NCBI GenBank assembly: GCA_025201805.1 | Contig: MU619256.1 | Location: 118,343-182,342, forward strand | Direction: 5' to 3' | Source: Parasitella parasitica NRRL 2501 | Taxonomy: Eukaryota; Fungi; Mucoromycota | Length of the DNA stretch: 64,000 bases | Shown: positions 25,390-39,601 of the stretch, in pieces | Position numbering within the stretch: the stretch's first letter is position 1 | How the letters are laid out: the number at the start of each line of letters is the position of its first letter | Program-made: the position numbers and the translations under genes | Notes under the pieces: model-generated | What the model was told of the DNA's origin: nothing | What the model saw: the letters and a program-made list of their open reading frames with translations, nothing else | Databases searched by the model: none

Positions 25390-27266
25390 TCCAGTGCCAA
25401 GGTAATAATGTGAAAGAGGAACAAGACGCGAAATATATTTGCTTGTGGAACTAAATAACTAGAAGCGCCTGTCCAATGGGCCAATAATGTGAATGATTCA
25501 ACTCAATGGATGAAATAAGCATTATACCTCGCAATTGGAAAGAAACATTTTTCTGGTGAGAGGGGAACCTTGTAAAATAATCATAGGCGAGTAAAATATG
25601 GTGTTATTATGCAAATATAACATAATACAAGTGAATATCGCTGATTTATAAATTTATAGATATGTCAAAGTACACAATAAATGTATTTTTTTAACATGCT
25701 TAACTGGGTAAGAATTATACACAATTTCTCATATGGTGTTGGTGGTTCTAGCGTATTTTTACAGATGTATGTTCGGTAGCAAAAAGGATTGTAGATTGTT
25801 GATGGTAAATGCACCAATACGGGTTCCTTAGGGTCGTCTGTGTAGCATATCTCTCAGTTTTCCTTCTCAAGTGTCTTGGCTAAACTGATTACGTTCTCTT
25901 TGTTACAAAAAAAAATACAAAGCGCTGGTTCCTTTGTGATGGTCAACATAGCAAAGGATATAAAAGAGAAAGTAAAGGGCATAACAAAAAGTAATAACAA
26001 AAATGACCAGGTATAACACAGGTAAATAAAAATTTTGTTTGTATGAAGATTTATTAATAAATCTTTGGCTATTAAACACAGGGTAAATTATCAGAACTCT
26101 TCGTCTTTAATTTGAAGCGGTAAATTCATACCTCGAATCAATGTATATGTCCAATCAATAAAGAAAATAATTTTATATGAATCTAGAATGTATGTGGCAA
26201 ACTTTACTTCATTTCATATCATATACAAGGTGACCTATAGCAGTTTATTGATTGGATCCTTTAGGATGATTGTAAATTGGGTCGTCTATTTTGTGAAGGC
26301 TTTGATAGTTTCTGTGACGCTTCTTATTGGAGAAGTTTACCATAGTTTATAGCTCCCACATGAGAACAATTTGTTTGGAACAAGACGAGGTTTCAGCAAT
26401 TAGATCCTCTCTTTTAGGCAGTGTTTGTTTATCTGAAAGAGCCATCCCCAGGCAAATAAGAGTGTAAAATTGGAATGTAAAAAGCGCAAAGCGCAAAGCG
26501 CATAAGGGTTTTAATTAGCCAGAGGCACTGTGCATAATTCAAATGTTTTTACTTTTCTGATCTTGGAGCTTATTGGTTTTCATTTTGATTTGTATACCAT
26601 TATGAAAGAAAAGAAATGGTTTGGAATATCTCCCATGATGTCTCTGTGGCGTATATACGTAAATATCGCCGAATGTATCATGACAATCTTGATAAGGCTG
26701 CTCCATGAGGATGATGGTACTTGACCAATGATTATTTGAATTTTAGTTGGCTTATTCTCGCTCGTGAACATCGGATGCACTATTTGCTTTTTTAAGCACC
26801 TTAATTTATCATTGATCAAGTTGTCATTGCTCGAGATCATTCAGTCGTCGTTTTTTAAGCATTGTTTACTTATCAATGTACAAATGGCGTGTGTTCATCA
26901 ATTAGCTCCGAAATGTGCTCAAGCACTCAAGATTTCAGAAACGCTTTTGCAAGATGGTGTAAAATGTAAAAGGCAATTGGTATACAAACTTTTGTTCACA
27001 GACAAGACATGTTGAAGGGTACAAAAAGAAGAGAAGAGCATGCATTTTACTTCTCTCCTTAATTTGAGGAATAGTATCAAACATTTGATTACCGCGCTCG
27101 ATTGATATAGTCAAGAAGTTTGAGGTTGGACAAACAGCAAACATGTTATATTTAATTCTAGGGGTTACATGTACAAAACACTTTCTTCTTGTTCTGCTTC
27201 TTCTCTCCTCTTTATTTTTCTCTATCTCATTTTAACTTTTTTTTTTCTTTCTTTTTCTGCTGGAGA

Positions 27267-29086
27267 ATGTCTATTGATGTTTGTAACAATTCGATCTTCT
27301 TGAAAAAAGCAGCGGCAGCGGCAACAGCAACAGTATCGAAAAATGACAGTACTAAAGAAACAAAAACAACAAAAAAGAGCAGGTCGTCTTCGTTCAGCAA
27401 GCTTCAGACATTAGTTGCATCTGTATCAAGACGAAGGTCTAAGCAAAAAGCAGCATTGGAGAGTAAATCGAATGCCTGCGTGCCTTCACCTCAACCTCAA
27501 CCACAACCTCAACCACAACCTCAACCACAACGACCACAACGACCACAATCACCGCCATCAAACTTAAAGTTACGACCCTCCGTGTCAGCAAGGCCGATTT
27601 CACAATTCTTCTTTCCATCGATAAAAGAGGAAGAAGATGTAGCTGCAAACAGAGCGACAATGACACGACAGATATCATTTTCGCCACCACCACCATCACT
27701 GCAACAAAAACAACAACAAACAAAAAATCGGCAGCTCAACCGACACTCCCTCGCGATAGACCTTATTGATCGACAGCAAAACGAAGAAAGTGTTTCCTCA
27801 AGTAGCTCATCCAGATCATCTTCGTTAAAAACGATAAGACTGTTGGACGATTTTGCCATTAAAGAAGAGGATGAAGACGAGGAGTTCATCAATACAGTCC
27901 AATCAGATATTAATGTGTCTTCAATGTCGATTAGAAAAGACTACTGTCTCGCTCGCTCCACATCATCCCAGATTAAAGAAAAGAGGCTGTCAGGCGTAGT
28001 CAATGTAGCACGAGCTCGTACTGTATTAGGGTTAGATTCACTAAAATCAAAAGAAACCCGAGCAATCCATGTATGGCAAAATACGATTACACAACTTTTG
28101 TCTACAGATCTTGATCAAGATTGTATGTTCGATAACGATAAAAAAGAATTATATAAAATGTTAACACATCCAGCATTAGTGGTGAGTTTTCTTGCACTTT
28201 TCATAGACACACCATAACTAAACATTTCTCTCAATTATTGGCTCCAAGCCGGAGGATACCCTAGAACGCCAAAAGTTCGTGCGACAATCATCAACAAAAG
28301 ACCTTGCCATGATTAGATTCATATTGAATGAGTTGATAGAGACAGAAAAATCTTACAACCAGCTGTTGGCGCTGATACAAGATGTAAGGTTTATGTGTCA
28401 TTCCTACATCATACATGCTAAACGTTTGTTTGCAGAGGTATATGCGCCCCATGTTGGCTGCTTCTCGAGCAAAAGACCCTCTTGTTAAATCGGCAGACAT
28501 TCCAATCCTATTCAATCATTTACCAGAACTGCTCCAGCTTTCTGATAAATTGCTACAATCATTCGAATCAACCAATAATGTCGGCCATATATTTAGGTCC
28601 TTTGAATCCAGCTTTGTTGTGTTTTTGAAATACGCCATGCATTATAGAGCAAACATCAAAACAATCAAAAGAGCCTGTAGCAATGTACTGTTTATTAAAA
28701 TAGATCAGGTATGTTTGTAGTAAAAACAAAAAGGAGATTACAGAAAATATAGAAAATATATACTAATTAGGCATATTATTATGCGTGTCCCCGCAGGAAA
28801 ATCTTTCCCGAAGAGATACAAATCGACTTGGCATGTCAGATTATCTCATTGCACCTATCCAAAGGATACCCAGATTCATTCTGCTGATAAAAGGTAACAG
28901 AAAACCTTTGTATGTTTTTGCTCCTACTCATTTCTTTCAGATTTGCAAAAATATGTTCATCCGATGGATACAAACTACGTCGAGCTGGATTTAGCATTGA
29001 AGATTTTGACTGGTTTGGCTGTTGCAATGGACTATGCACAAAACAAAGCACCACCACCGTCTCGTCCATCTATGGGAACACTTTAA
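27267..29086 (+). CDS. RhoGEF (Dbl-homology domain) protein with low-complexity N-terminus
   Basis: FILNELIETEKSYNQLL, ILFNHLPELLQLS, YLIAPIQRIPRFILLIKDLQKY; QP repeat at ~27490-27550. Confidence 0.85.
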
Positions 29087-31248
29087 ACATACACATACAC
29101 ACATATATTTGCATTATTTGTATCATATTCATATCAAAATAAAGCCCTTATCATATTTGTCAAGCAACTGTTATGTATCATGTACATTCAAATGCAACCC
29201 TCAAATGTGTCTGGTTGTAATTTGTATCATGTAGACTTTATATCGCTAACGTATGTAGCATTTCTATGTGTTGTATGCAGTTTGCTTTGTTTTTTTTTTT
29301 TTTTATTTTACCCTTTTTCATCACTAATCCTTTTTCTGCAAATGCATTTCCCCTTGTTGTTGACAAATAAATTAGCATTTGAGTTGGACTTTAGGGAAAC
29401 TTGAATAGCTGTATTTTATGACAAGTGTGTCATTAAACTCTTGATTCCAGTTATTCTCTGTGTTTGTACCATTTACGCTCAAATAGTGATCACATCATTA
29501 TATGATTCAATGAAGTTTCCAGAATTTGTTTTCGTATGAGATAAATACTATTTTGCTCAACTGAGCTATTTCATCTCCTTATTCTGCTGTATCTTATATA
29601 CATAGGAGATCAGGAGGCATTTACGCGTTTCAGCTCATGTATTACTGCTATCGCTGAAAAAGCCAGTGTAGAGGAGGCATTTGCGATTTTGCGAAGGCTG
29701 TGCTCCTGTGATTCGTTTGTCAAGATGAATCCTGCTTTATGGTATTATTGTTGCAGTTAGTGCAAATATAATAATAGATAATAGGGTGTATGTGTGGTCC
29801 GATTATACATATTAAGCATTTATCACTGACTATTTTTTCAATTCTTCTGAGCTTATTATTACAAACTGTCTTCAATGCACAGCTTTCTCTTGTAATTGGA
29901 AGTTTGTAACCTGTTTACGCAAAGAACTTTTACCAATCAATGCACCGCGCCACTGATGTCCTTAACTGCCCATTCTTTTTGTTTTAAATAAAAAAAAAAT
30001 ATGAATGGGATGCAATGTGAGCATTTAAGAAGGGATCATTGCTATTTATACAATCGATTATGAGAGCCCAAGGATGAAAAGGATTAAACATCAACCGATG
30101 CCTTCAGACCACTTTGAAATTTACGAATGTAAACTTAGTATTTGATAGGCAATAAATATATTCTATGTACAGCCAAATCTGCAAATTCTAGTTTTTTTTT
30201 CCAGGCGATTTAAAAAGCCAGGTATATTGAATCATTTGTATTGCAAAGAATAACAATTTTTTCGTGTCAAAATTAACGACTTTATTGTATTACTTGGCTG
30301 CTTCGTTAGAATCTGAACTTGAACAGAGTGCAGCGTAAGATGTTCACTCATGCCAGCAGGACACAGCTTCATAAAACATCTGCTATTCGAAAAGGAGCGT
30401 AATCTAGGTTTTGATCTAAGAATCCCTGTTGTAAGTGGTGCTTTAGACTCGTGTCGAGTAAGACCAGCTCTTGCTGTTTGGGTCAATTGCTGGGAATTAC
30501 ATTACAAAGTCTAGCTGGATGAAATGTCAAACAGTACAATTGGTCAATAGCGCAATTTGATCTATAATATCATCGACAATACAGTTACCAAATAAATGTT
30601 TTCAAAACAAGGCCAGCAAAAGACTGAATACTTGATATAATATCTGCTATTGACAGCTTTGTTTTACTTTAACTGATAGCCGTTACCCAATATAGACTAC
30701 GAGAACGAACTTTGATCAAGTCTTTCATGCTCTTACTCTGGATCACTTTATCCAATAAAAAGTCAAGCCACAGCTCTTCAATACTGCTTACACTCTACTA
30801 AGGACAAACTCAATTGATATGGCCTCAATGCAACATAAATAGTATGATATCCACATCTACTTCTCTAGCCTTAGTCATGAATTATGCTACTCTGGTAGTT
30901 TAATACAAAGATTCTCGTAGTCAAAACCGCAAATTTACATCGATTTTTTTTTTTTGCAGAAACACAGCTATTTCATCTGTCCTCAGTATTTCTCATAGCA
31001 ACTAGTGTTTTGATGATTTGTATCGGACACAGTAGTTATCAGAAAAGCATAGTCACAACACACCTCTTCCTTTGTCCGTACGCAAAGATGTATGCATATA
31101 TTCTACAGATATAGGACAACAAAACGATTGGCGCTGCGGTAATTTTGCTTGGATATTTTTATTTCGTATAGATATAATCAATTTTTGCTCATGACAATAA
31201 ATGTCCAAAATTGTAGGTTATAATGATAGTATAGTGATCACAGCGTAA

Positions 31249-32711
31249 TTAGTCCCTGGGCCAAACTTCCAATTCCTTGTAACCGTCGATAATCTCACTC
31301 AATTTCTCTGTTGTCAACAAGGGGACTGAGTAAGTGAATCCGGTGTCACGTTCGATTTTGGATCCGTCAACAGAAAGGGTATTGTTATACAGCAACTCCT
31401 TGTCGATGTAAGGCGACAATGGCGTAACCACAATGCCATTTTTACGAACAAGTTCTGCCCATGGTGCCAAGTGTTTTTCATTGACAACGTCAATAACAGA
31501 GTCCAAGTTGAGCTAGGGAAACAAAGAAAAAGGAGCGTTTAATTTTCGAAATCTGATTAAACACGTAACGCAACACAGCGGACTTTACCTTTGCAAAAGA
31601 AGACACCACATTACCATGGTAACCGGTTTTTATATTGAAAATAAGTTCCAAACGCTCGTTGATAGTTTGCTGATCTGTGCCCTGTTTATCTGCTAGGTTG
31701 AAAATAGGCACTTGGCCTGAAGAGCCGATACTGTTGTCGGTGTACCACTGTGCCAAATGCCAACAGGCCCTTGATACGTCGTTTACATGAACCGTGTTAA
31801 GTTTTAAATCTTTTGACCAAAGCAATTTCATTTCTTCATCAAGGTATTTGTAGATCCTGCCGATAATCAAACGTGGTGCTATACGGACAAAACGATGTAA
31901 CATAAATAAACCACACACAAAGACGCTATAAACACAACTTACTCAGGCCTGAAAGAGCACCAGGACCGTAAACAACAGCAGGACGAAGGATAATCAGGTT
32001 TATGCTATTGCACACATGTGAATGCCTTTTCAGAGGAACTGCGTTTGCGTCTGTCTTACCCTTTAATCTTTTTCAGCTCTTCTTCTGCTTTGTATTTGTG
32101 TTTGGCGATGACTGTCCAAGGATTGATTTTTGACGATTCTGTAGAGGCTTCCTGCAGTAGTAAAGCAAGCCAAACAGTAAGCAATCCAACGTCGACCAAT
32201 GCAAAGTTATAAAAATAAAAATTAATAATTAAAAGCTCACCTGGCTGCTATCGTACACTTCAGCAGTGGACATTTCAATAAAGACTTTTACGTTTCTTTT
32301 CGCTGCTTCCTTTGCGCAATTGACGGAGAGATTGAAAATACGTTCCTGATAGATTTCAGGTACCTGGGAATACTTTGTTTCAGCAGCAAAATTGAAGACA
32401 TAATCAAACTGTTTGCCGTCTTCCCTATCAAAGCATGCCGCAATAGAAGCTAGAGCACGTGTTAGGTGTGCCATGTACATGTACATATGTGGATTTCTTT
32501 GTTTTACCTTGGTTGATCAGATTGGTCTGTCTGAATTCTACTTTGGAAAAGTCGCTTTTAAATGTCTCTGACAAGTACGCTGTTTGTGGAAGCATTTTAT
32601 CAGCAACTCGGATGTCTGCCACCAAGTTGTTTGTTGATAAATAGTGCACAAAGTTTCTCCCAATGAAACCAACACCGCCTAATACCAGCACATTAACCTT
32701 TTCATCTTGAG
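31249..32711 (-). CDS. NAD-dependent epimerase/dehydratase (extended SDR); start codon probably in N gap
   Basis: VLVLGGVGFIGRNFV Rossmann motif, VFNFAAET, PWTVIAKHKYKAE, ILRPAVVYGPG, NTVHVNDV. Confidence 0.85.
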
Positions 32712-32741
32712 NNNNNNNNNNNNNNNNNNNNNNNNNNNNNN
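32712..32741. other. Assembly gap (N run) abutting a poly-A tract
   Basis: Run of N in the sequence. Confidence 0.99.
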
Positions 32742-33394
32742 AAAAAAAAAAAAAAAAAAAAAGAAAGAGAGACAAATCCCCACTGTCCGGAGAAGAGGTC
32801 TAACCCAGCTGAAAACACCAATGGTGCCTTTGTAACACAACCGCTTAAACAGTTTTGTGTGGTTTGCGTGGAAGGAGTTTGGGTGTGAAACTTTATATAA
32901 ATCCATAGATTCTTTGATCTACGGGGCCTGTATCTACATATGCACATATCTTTTGGATCAGATTTGAAGAAACTGTAAAAGACGACATGCCATTTCACAC
33001 CTATGGCGCTGTACCACAGACATCCAACTGTGCAAATGACGCACGGCTTATATAATTTGTACATGACAAAGCTATGTAATCAAGATTTGAGGCTTTCTAA
33101 CCTCAGCAATGTTGATGTATTATGGCAGTAAAACGAAGGAACGGTCAGAATGGTGCTATTTCCATCATCATCATATGTAACAAATAAACAGACTATAAAT
33201 ACACAAGTTGAAAAACCGTGTGATGTGTCCCCTTTTTTCCTGTCTTCTGCACCCATTGTAATAATTATATAGTGTATTTGCTAATTGTATAATATTATTA
33301 AGTCAATCAGTTTGGTGCGACTTTAACCTATTTTACCACATCATTATTGTGCATCTATTTTTTTTCCTCCCCTCCTCTTTCTTTCCTTTATTAC

Positions 33395-36300
33395 ATGAAT
33401 CCCTCCAATAACGTCGCTGCTGCTGCTGCTGCTGCTGCTACTTCTGCAGCGGGTCGTTCAACATCACTGCGACGAAACATGTCAAAATCATCGCAATCAG
33501 ATGCCAATAGACCCAAGAGACAAAAATCACTAGTGAGACCAGAGCGAGAGCGAAATGATCCAAACGGCCGTCTCTATCACTATCGCCAAAGAGCTGCTCA
33601 CGAGCCGGATCACAGCCATCCCAGCACGACTGGGAACCAGCCCCCACAGGCTCCACCCACATCAGCACGCTTAGAACGAAGAACGACCACGAGCAAACAA
33701 TTCCTCAGGCGCGGAAAGAGCATATTGGGCCGAGAAGAAAAGCAAGAGGACGAGCAAGAGATCCAGCAGCAAGAGACGGAATACAGCAACAGAAAATCGA
33801 GCTTATTTTCTGGATTCAGCCCTTGGATGACCTACTGTCGCATTCTAACGTGCTGCATACCAAAGCCTTTGCTTCGATGTGCGGGTAAGTGCCATTTGGT
33901 GATAAATATACTAGTAGTGATGGATTCATCAATTTCTCACATGCAAAAAAAAAAAAAAAAAAAAAAAAAAAGGAATACCTGATGGTCCTGCGCAGATGGC
34001 TTGGCGTGAAAAAATAGGCTTGGTTTCTTTCATCCTGTTCATTATGGGATGTGTTGGCTTTTTGACTTTTGGATTTACTCAGGCGGTGTGTCCCATTCCG
34101 CCTTTGAGTGTTCGTGGAGGCCAAGTGAGTCCAGGCTACCTGATTATTGCAGGTTGGGCCTACATGATGGCTGAATGGGAGCATCCGGTAGGGCCTAGCA
34201 ACGAGCCAACCAACATACTCTTTCCCCCAGTCAACGCTGGTGGCATGGATGCGACATTTTTATTTCAAACAAGTCAACCCGACTGTGCATCTGTGTTTAC
34301 GCCAATTCAAGGTGATCAGCAAATCTACTTTCCATGCCAATTGTTTAACCCAAATTCGACCATCCCACCTGACCCTTCCCAATTTACAAACCAAACATCC
34401 TGCCACCTAGTAGCAAATGCGCGCAATGTTTACAGCGGATTCCAGAGCCAAGGCGTGCCAAAATCTGCGGGTGGGTTTGATAAAGCAGCCCGGGTTTACT
34501 ATGACTGGAATGACGTTACAGCTGAAAGCTCGCTCAGTGTTTACAATGGGTATTTATTTCTATCTTTAGTTGATCTGCTGCCGGCATTAATCTTATCTTT
34601 TATTAGAAACGTGTTGAATCTGAAACTGTTATCATCGCTGCCACCCGCCTACTTTCAGACAAATGCAAACGGCCTGATTGCCGCCATCAAACAGGACGTC
34701 ACCCAGTTTTCAGGAAAGGACATTACCCGAATCATCAACGCAAACAGAGCAAACGACGAAGGCTTGTGGGAGCAGGAGGCACGCTGTCTGTCCGCAACCA
34801 TCATGGTAGGCTCGTTGGACACCATCAGCATCGGCTGCATGGCATCAGACATTGTGCTGTATGTCTCTTTGGCTGTCATTTTGGGCGTCATCCTCGTCAA
34901 ATTTGCGTTGGCTGTCATTTTTGGCTGGTTTTTGTCGTGGAAATTGGGAAACTTCAAAGAGGGCGAATCCTATGCTGCGAGAATGAAGCGCGAGGCAGAA
35001 ATTGAAAATTGGACAACCAACATGCAGGCCGCTGCTCCGCTGTCGAAACCTCGAATTCAGTCGCAGTTTTATGGCGCCGGCAGCAGCAAACGCAAGAGCC
35101 TGTTTCCTCAGACATCCCGCTTCACCCAGCCTTTGCACGGCTCCACCCGCTTTGATACCGAGAAAGTTGCAAATGCTTCAGCTGTCTGGAGAACCCCAAA
35201 TAGGTATTGTTTATTTTTTTTTTATTTTTTTTTTTATTTTTTGCCCAAGTGGTACATGAATTTACAAACAACAACACATCTATTCTTAGCGCTTTGGAAG
35301 GTCACGTGAATCGACAATCCATGATGTATGGCTTGGATGGAGCTGGCAGACATTCCTCGTACATGCTGGGCTCACCAGACGGCTACAATACCAGTAGATC
35401 GTCGTTTTACAACACGCCGTCAGCATCGGCTCGATTTTTGGGCGTTGATCCGCACGCTCGTCGCTCATCCATCACATCCTCTGACTTGGCAAGCAGCACC
35501 GACACGCACTCATCCGGGCCAGCATGTCCCTATCCCATCTCGCGTCATGCAGTGAGACAGCCTCCTTCAGACTACATGCCCTTTAATTTCCCCCTTGCTC
35601 ACACCATCTGTCTAGTGACATGCTACTCAGAAGGCGAGGCAGGCATTCGCATTACACTTGACTCCATTGCCACCAGCGACTACCCCAACAGCCACAAGCT
35701 CCTGTTGGTCATTTGCGATGGCTTAATCACCGGGGCTGGCGAAACCATGTCCACACCCGATATATGTGTCAACATGATGAGGGATCTGATCGTCCCTGCA
35801 AATCAAGTAGAGTCGTATTCGTACGTAGCATTGGCCGATGGCTCGCGGCAGAACAACATGGCCAAGGTGTATGCCGGCTTTTATAAATATGACGATACCA
35901 CAGTTGACAAGGCGCATCAGCAACGTGTTCCTATGATTACTATTGTCAAATGTGGCACCCCTGAGGAGCAGGAGAAAGCAGGCAAGCCGGGCAACCGTGG
36001 CAAGAGAGACTCTCAAATCATCCTAATGCAATTTATGCAGAAGGTCATGTTTGATGAGCGTATGACGACCATGGAATACGAGTTCTTCAACGGCATCTGG
36101 CGCGTCGCAGGCGTTCCTCCTGACGCGTACGAGATCGTTCTGATGGTTGATGCCGATACAAAGCTGTTTCCCGACGCACTTTCAAGACTTATATCATGTG
36201 CTGTCAAAGACCCTGAAATTTCAGGCCTTTGTGGTGAAACCAAGATTGCCAACAAGACAGACAGCTGGGTCACCATGATGCAGGTGTTTGAATACTACAT

Positions 36301-37794
36301 CTCCCATCATCAGTCCAAGGCTTTCGAGTCCATCTTTGGCGGCGTGACATGCTTGCCTGGCTGTTTCTGCATGTACCGTATCAAGGCGCCCAAGGGCCCG
36401 GACGGCTACTGGGTCCCTATCCTCGCAAACCCTGACATTGTTGAGCGCTATTCTGAAAACATAGTAGATACACTGCATAAAAAGAATCTGCTGCTTTTGG
36501 GCGAAGATCGCTATTTGTCTACATTGATGCTTCGAACCTTTCCTAACAGAAAGATGATGTTTGTTCCACAGGCCGTGTAAGTTGCTGAGTGTGTTTTATT
36601 ATTGGTTAAATGTGTACGTTTTAAACTGACAAAAAAAATCGATGGCTTTATAGATGCAAAACAGTGGTCCCTGACACTTTTATGGTGCTGCTGTCTCAGC
36701 GCAGACGCTGGATCAACTCCACCATCCACAACCTAATGGAGCTGCTGTTTGTACACGATCTCTGCGGCACGTTTTGTTTTTCGATGCAGTTTGTCATTTT
36801 TATGGAGCTGGTCGGCACGTTGGCCCTGCCTGCAGCCATTTCCTTTACGCTGTACCTGATTGTGATGGCTATTTTGGGACAGCCTGCTTTGATTCCGCTC
36901 ATCCTTCTGGCATTAATACTGGGCCTGCCGGCTGTGCTTATTGTGATGACGAGCAGAAAGATTGTCTATGTTGGCTGGATGATGGTTTATTTGATCAGCT
37001 TGCCTATTTGGAATTTCGTACTGCCCACCTACGCCTACTGGCATTTCGATGACTTTTCGTGGGGCGATACTCGCAAGGTAGAAGGTGCAAAATCAGACAA
37101 GAAGGGAGGCCACGCGGACAAAGACGGCGAGTTTGATAGCAGCGTGATTACCATGAAGAAATGGAGCGAGTACGAAAAGGAACGAAGAACCAACGAGGCA
37201 ATTGAGCGCAACATGCCTATTCCTCGCTTCCTGGATAAACCCAGAGGCAGCCTTGACATCTTTAGGGACTCTGTGTTCCCCAAGCGCTACAGCAAGACGG
37301 GTTCAGCAGGATCCAACGAATCAGACATGCCACTCACTCAGATGGGGGCTGTATCTGGGTATGCAGCAACGAAGCTGCTACCCCAGAGACAGACAACGAA
37401 AGCTGTTATAAATGAGAGCATTGTCGACGATCTAATCATCGAAGAGGGACGCGGCAAAAACCAAGCGCCATCATCATCAACAACTGATATCCCGTTGACT
37501 ACAATGCATTCCCAAGAGGCGCCTGTCTTGAACAGACCACGCGGAAGCTACAATGCGAATCTGACTGATTTTCCCGCAGAAGAGGAGGATGAAGATGATG
37601 CGTATCATCAAACATCTCTGCTATCACCAAACAGACAGACAAGCTTTAGCGCAAACAACGAATGGTCGAATCCAGCACCTCACCACTACCACCAGACAAC
37701 AAACAGTTACGAAAGCCCTCTTTTAGACTCGTACCCATCAAAATCTACCAATATACCCTTGCCCCCACCTCACGACAATGATCCTAGAACATAG
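33395..37794 (+). CDS. Chitin synthase, class IV (Chs3-like), multi-exon
   Basis: [82 protein letters not shown]; no myosin motor domain. Confidence 0.95.
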
Positions 37795-38711
37795 GCTGCG
37801 CTGTGGCAGTAGTAGTAGTAGTAGCAGTAGTAGTGTTAAAATAAAACTTGGTATCGTTTTATGGATAAAATATCTTGAAAAGGAAAATGGCTATATATCG
37901 ATGTTTGTTTATAACGGTATAAGATTTCAGGATGGTTTCCATTTGTTATTTCTTTAGTGCTGGTCTCTTGTGTGCATAACATGCATGTACAATGTATAGT
38001 CTAATCTATCACCATTCGCTGCCCCCCCCCCTTTTTTTTTGTTCCTCTTCTCTTCTTTTGTACACATATATATATCAAATTACTCATCCAAGTTGCAAGA
38101 TAACTGGCAACACAAGTATGATTCTGGAATCTCGCAAGTGTATCAGTTGTACATGCAATTCCCAAATACAAATGTTTTATATTAAATAAATCAAGCAAGA
38201 GAAAAAAATATACAGTACCACGTTGTACATTTGCTACCCAAACTCGTGATACTTGAATCCGTTTTTTCCATTTCGCTTCAACTGTATATTATACGTTTCA
38301 ATCAGCAATACTCTCTTTTAACGCGCCCGAATCAACAAAGCATCATAGATTCCATGTGGCAAGATAACAAACATTATCATGGGATTAAGATAAAAAAAAA
38401 GCCCAAAGTTGAGAAATTTCTCGACCGGTTTTTTTCGCTGTTTAGTGCTAAGCATAATGCATATGATTCTCACTTCTTTTTTTTGATTTCGTGCTACATC
38501 GGTCCTTTGTTTTTAAGCTATTGAAAAAGGAGGAGAGTTTTGGGCACCAGCACTTTGATTATAAACAAAGACGACATGGCAGATCAAAGAGATGAATTTC
38601 CAAGAGTTCCATGCGCATCAAATGAAACTGTTGTAGAAAAAGAAAACAGATGATGTTTAACCATGGTAACTGCTATAGAATTTTAAAGGTCATATTGTTA
38701 TTTGTGTACAT

Positions 38712-38712
38712 G

Positions 38713-38742
<30 letters not shown>
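38712..38742. repeat. Compound (TA)n(TG)n microsatellite upstream of the H+-ATPase
   Basis: tatatata...tgtgtgtg read directly. Confidence 0.85.
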
Positions 38743-38743
<1 letters not shown>

Positions 38744-39601
38744 ATGTGGCAATGTATACCGTATTCATCCATTAAGTAACCCAATTACTTTACCTAAAAG
38801 ACTCAAATTCTCACTCACCAATAAATTTTGTTTATTATGCATTTATCCTTTTGTGAAACCTTAACAGAAGGGTGCCTTTTTTTCAGTGTGCGTTTGTTAT
38901 ATACTATCGCCTATACAGTATCCTACATGTGATTCATGGCAAGGAGAGAAAAATAAACAGATACAAGCCTTCGTTCTTGTTTTTAATAGAACTCAATGAT
39001 GGAAATCATTGCTAACCTAAGATTTATTGTGTATATAGCACATTCAAATTACTGCCTCTCATTTCGGCTCCTCCACTTCTCCTGCCTTCCCTGAGACTCC
39101 CCCGTTTTCTTTGATTGATTCCGCCTCCCTTGGCAGAAACATGATGACAAAATTTAGCTTGTTTGGCTATCCTGAAGAAATATTCCCATAGCATTTAGTG
39201 TAGCCAAATTAATCTTTTTTGTATATAGATCAGAAAACCCTGCAGTACGGCAACAATAGGCGTGAAAAACAGAACTGGATGTCGTCGTTTGATCATCCGC
39301 CTGCAACACACACTAGATACAACGTCTCTAGGTCGTACTAATCAGACGATAACATCTATCATTATACATGGATTCAATCGTTTTTCCGTTGATTGAGATC
39401 ACAACAACCGTATAAAGATAAATTCCAAGCTTCTTCTTTCTCTCTTTCTTTCTTCTTGTTTTCTTTACCCTTTTTTTCTCTAATTTTTTTTTTTAAAAAA
39501 AAACCAGCCATTGTATTATACACACTCGACCTTCGTCTCCCCTCCCCCTAAAAGGCGTTTTTTTATACAGTAGTGGAAATACATAAAACAGCAAAGCAAA
39601 A

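Noticed and set aside
26481-26502. (AAAGCGC)3 repeat
   Set aside because: Short simple repeat with no spacers or context; not CRISPR-like.
32770-32900. Short hairpins upstream of the epimerase gene before a T-tract
   Set aside because: Stems are short and rely mostly on G-U pairs; compatible with chance in a GT-rich strand.
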